A DNA stretch of 64,000 bases from Mobula birostris (lineage: Eukaryota), in contig NC_092376.1 in NCBI RefSeq assembly GCF_030028105.1, positions 119,782,230 to 119,846,229 on the forward strand. Direction: 5' to 3'. The translations under genes and the position numbers were made by a program. Below are positions 63,301-64,000 of this stretch, piece by piece. The notes beneath the pieces were generated by a model. That model saw nothing but the letters and a program-made list of their open reading frames with translations. It was not told where the DNA came from and ran no database searches. Positions within the stretch are counted from its first letter, which is position 1. Every line of letters starts with the position of its first letter.

Positions 63301-64000
63301 CCTTTAAATGACCTCCATTTCTCTATTACATTCTTCCCATAAAACAAATTGTCCCAATCCACTCCTTCTAAATCCTTCCACATCTCCTTAAAGTTAGCCC
63401 TTCTCCAATCAAAAATCTCAACCCTGGGTCCAGACCTATCCTTTGCCATAGTTATATTAAAACTAATGGCATTGTGATCACTGGACCCGAAGTTCTCCCC
63501 AACGCAAACCTCCATCACCTGACCTATCTCATTCCCTAACAGGAGATCCAACACTACCCCTTCTCTATTTTGTACCTCTGTGTATTGATGTAATAAACTA
63601 TCTTGCACACATTTTACAAACTCCAAACCATCCAGCCCTTTTACAGTATGGGCTTCCCAATCTATGTGTGGACAATTAAAATCTCCCACAATCACAACCT
63701 TGTGGTTACTAAAAATATTTGTTAACTCCTTGCAAATCTGCTCCTCCAATTCTCGCTCCCCATTTGGTGGTCTATAATACACCCTTATCAGTGTTACTAC
63801 ACCTTTCCCATTCCTCAGTTCCACTCGAGTATCCCCCCTAGACGAGCCATCTAATCTATCCTGCCAGAGCACCGCTGTAATATTTTCTCTGACAAGCAAT
63901 GCAACACCTCCCCCTTTTGTCCCTCTGATTCTATCACACCTGAACCAATGAAATCCTGGAATATTTAGTTGCCAATCACACCCCACCTGCAACCATGTTT
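60360..64000 (-). mobile_element. CR1 LINE, long ORF2 (APE+RT), runs off the window end, split by a solo LTR
   Basis: 480-aa ORF 62550-63992 (GGGVALLVR, YYRPP, VGDFN, SDHN, KSPGPDG); YMDFSKAFD; LYKALVRPNLEYCVQ; (CATATAAC)n tail at 60360. Confidence 0.95.
61704..62554 (-). mobile_element. Solo LTR (851 bp), probably Gypsy
   Basis: tgttacg...cgtcaca terminal inverted repeat; GAAT duplicated at 61700-61703 and 62555-62558; minus-strand AATAAA at 61787-61792; CR1 frame resumes across it. Confidence 0.88.

Noticed and set aside
62550-63992. 480-aa ORF as a host gene or intact active LINE
   Set aside because: It is CR1 ORF2, terminated by the solo LTR and frameshifted downstream.
1-64000. CRISPR arrays, tRNA or rRNA genes, prokaryotic operons
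   Set aside because: None seen. The tRNA-like A/B boxes belong to SINE heads, and the recurring repeats are dispersed TEs, not regularly spaced arrays.

Overview
This is AT-rich, CpG-depleted vertebrate genomic DNA, intronic or intergenic. The repeat set (CR1/HER1-type LINEs, Rex1/Babar LINEs, V-domain HE1-like tRNA SINEs, Penelope-like GIY-YIG elements) points to a cartilaginous fish, probably a ray (inference). No host protein-coding gene can be supported; almost all long ORFs are retroelement fragments or their antisense shadows. Highlights: (1) many Penelope terminal repeats carrying minimal hammerhead ribozyme motifs, several as short inverted non-autonomous units with target-site duplications; (2) a decayed but complete Sushi-lineage Ty3/Gypsy chromovirus (38281-43909) with both LTRs and a PEG10-like -1 frameshift signal; (3) a 6.4-kb nested stack of Penelope, CR1 and Rex1 elements; (4) a solo LTR splitting a young CR1 ORF2; (5) an unexplained ~1.1-kb CpG-undepleted island (24185-25320) with a minus-strand splice acceptor, broken ORFs and a polyA signal, a candidate endogenous viral or foreign fragment. 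Boundaries of old degraded repeats are approximate, and family names come from recall, not database searches.
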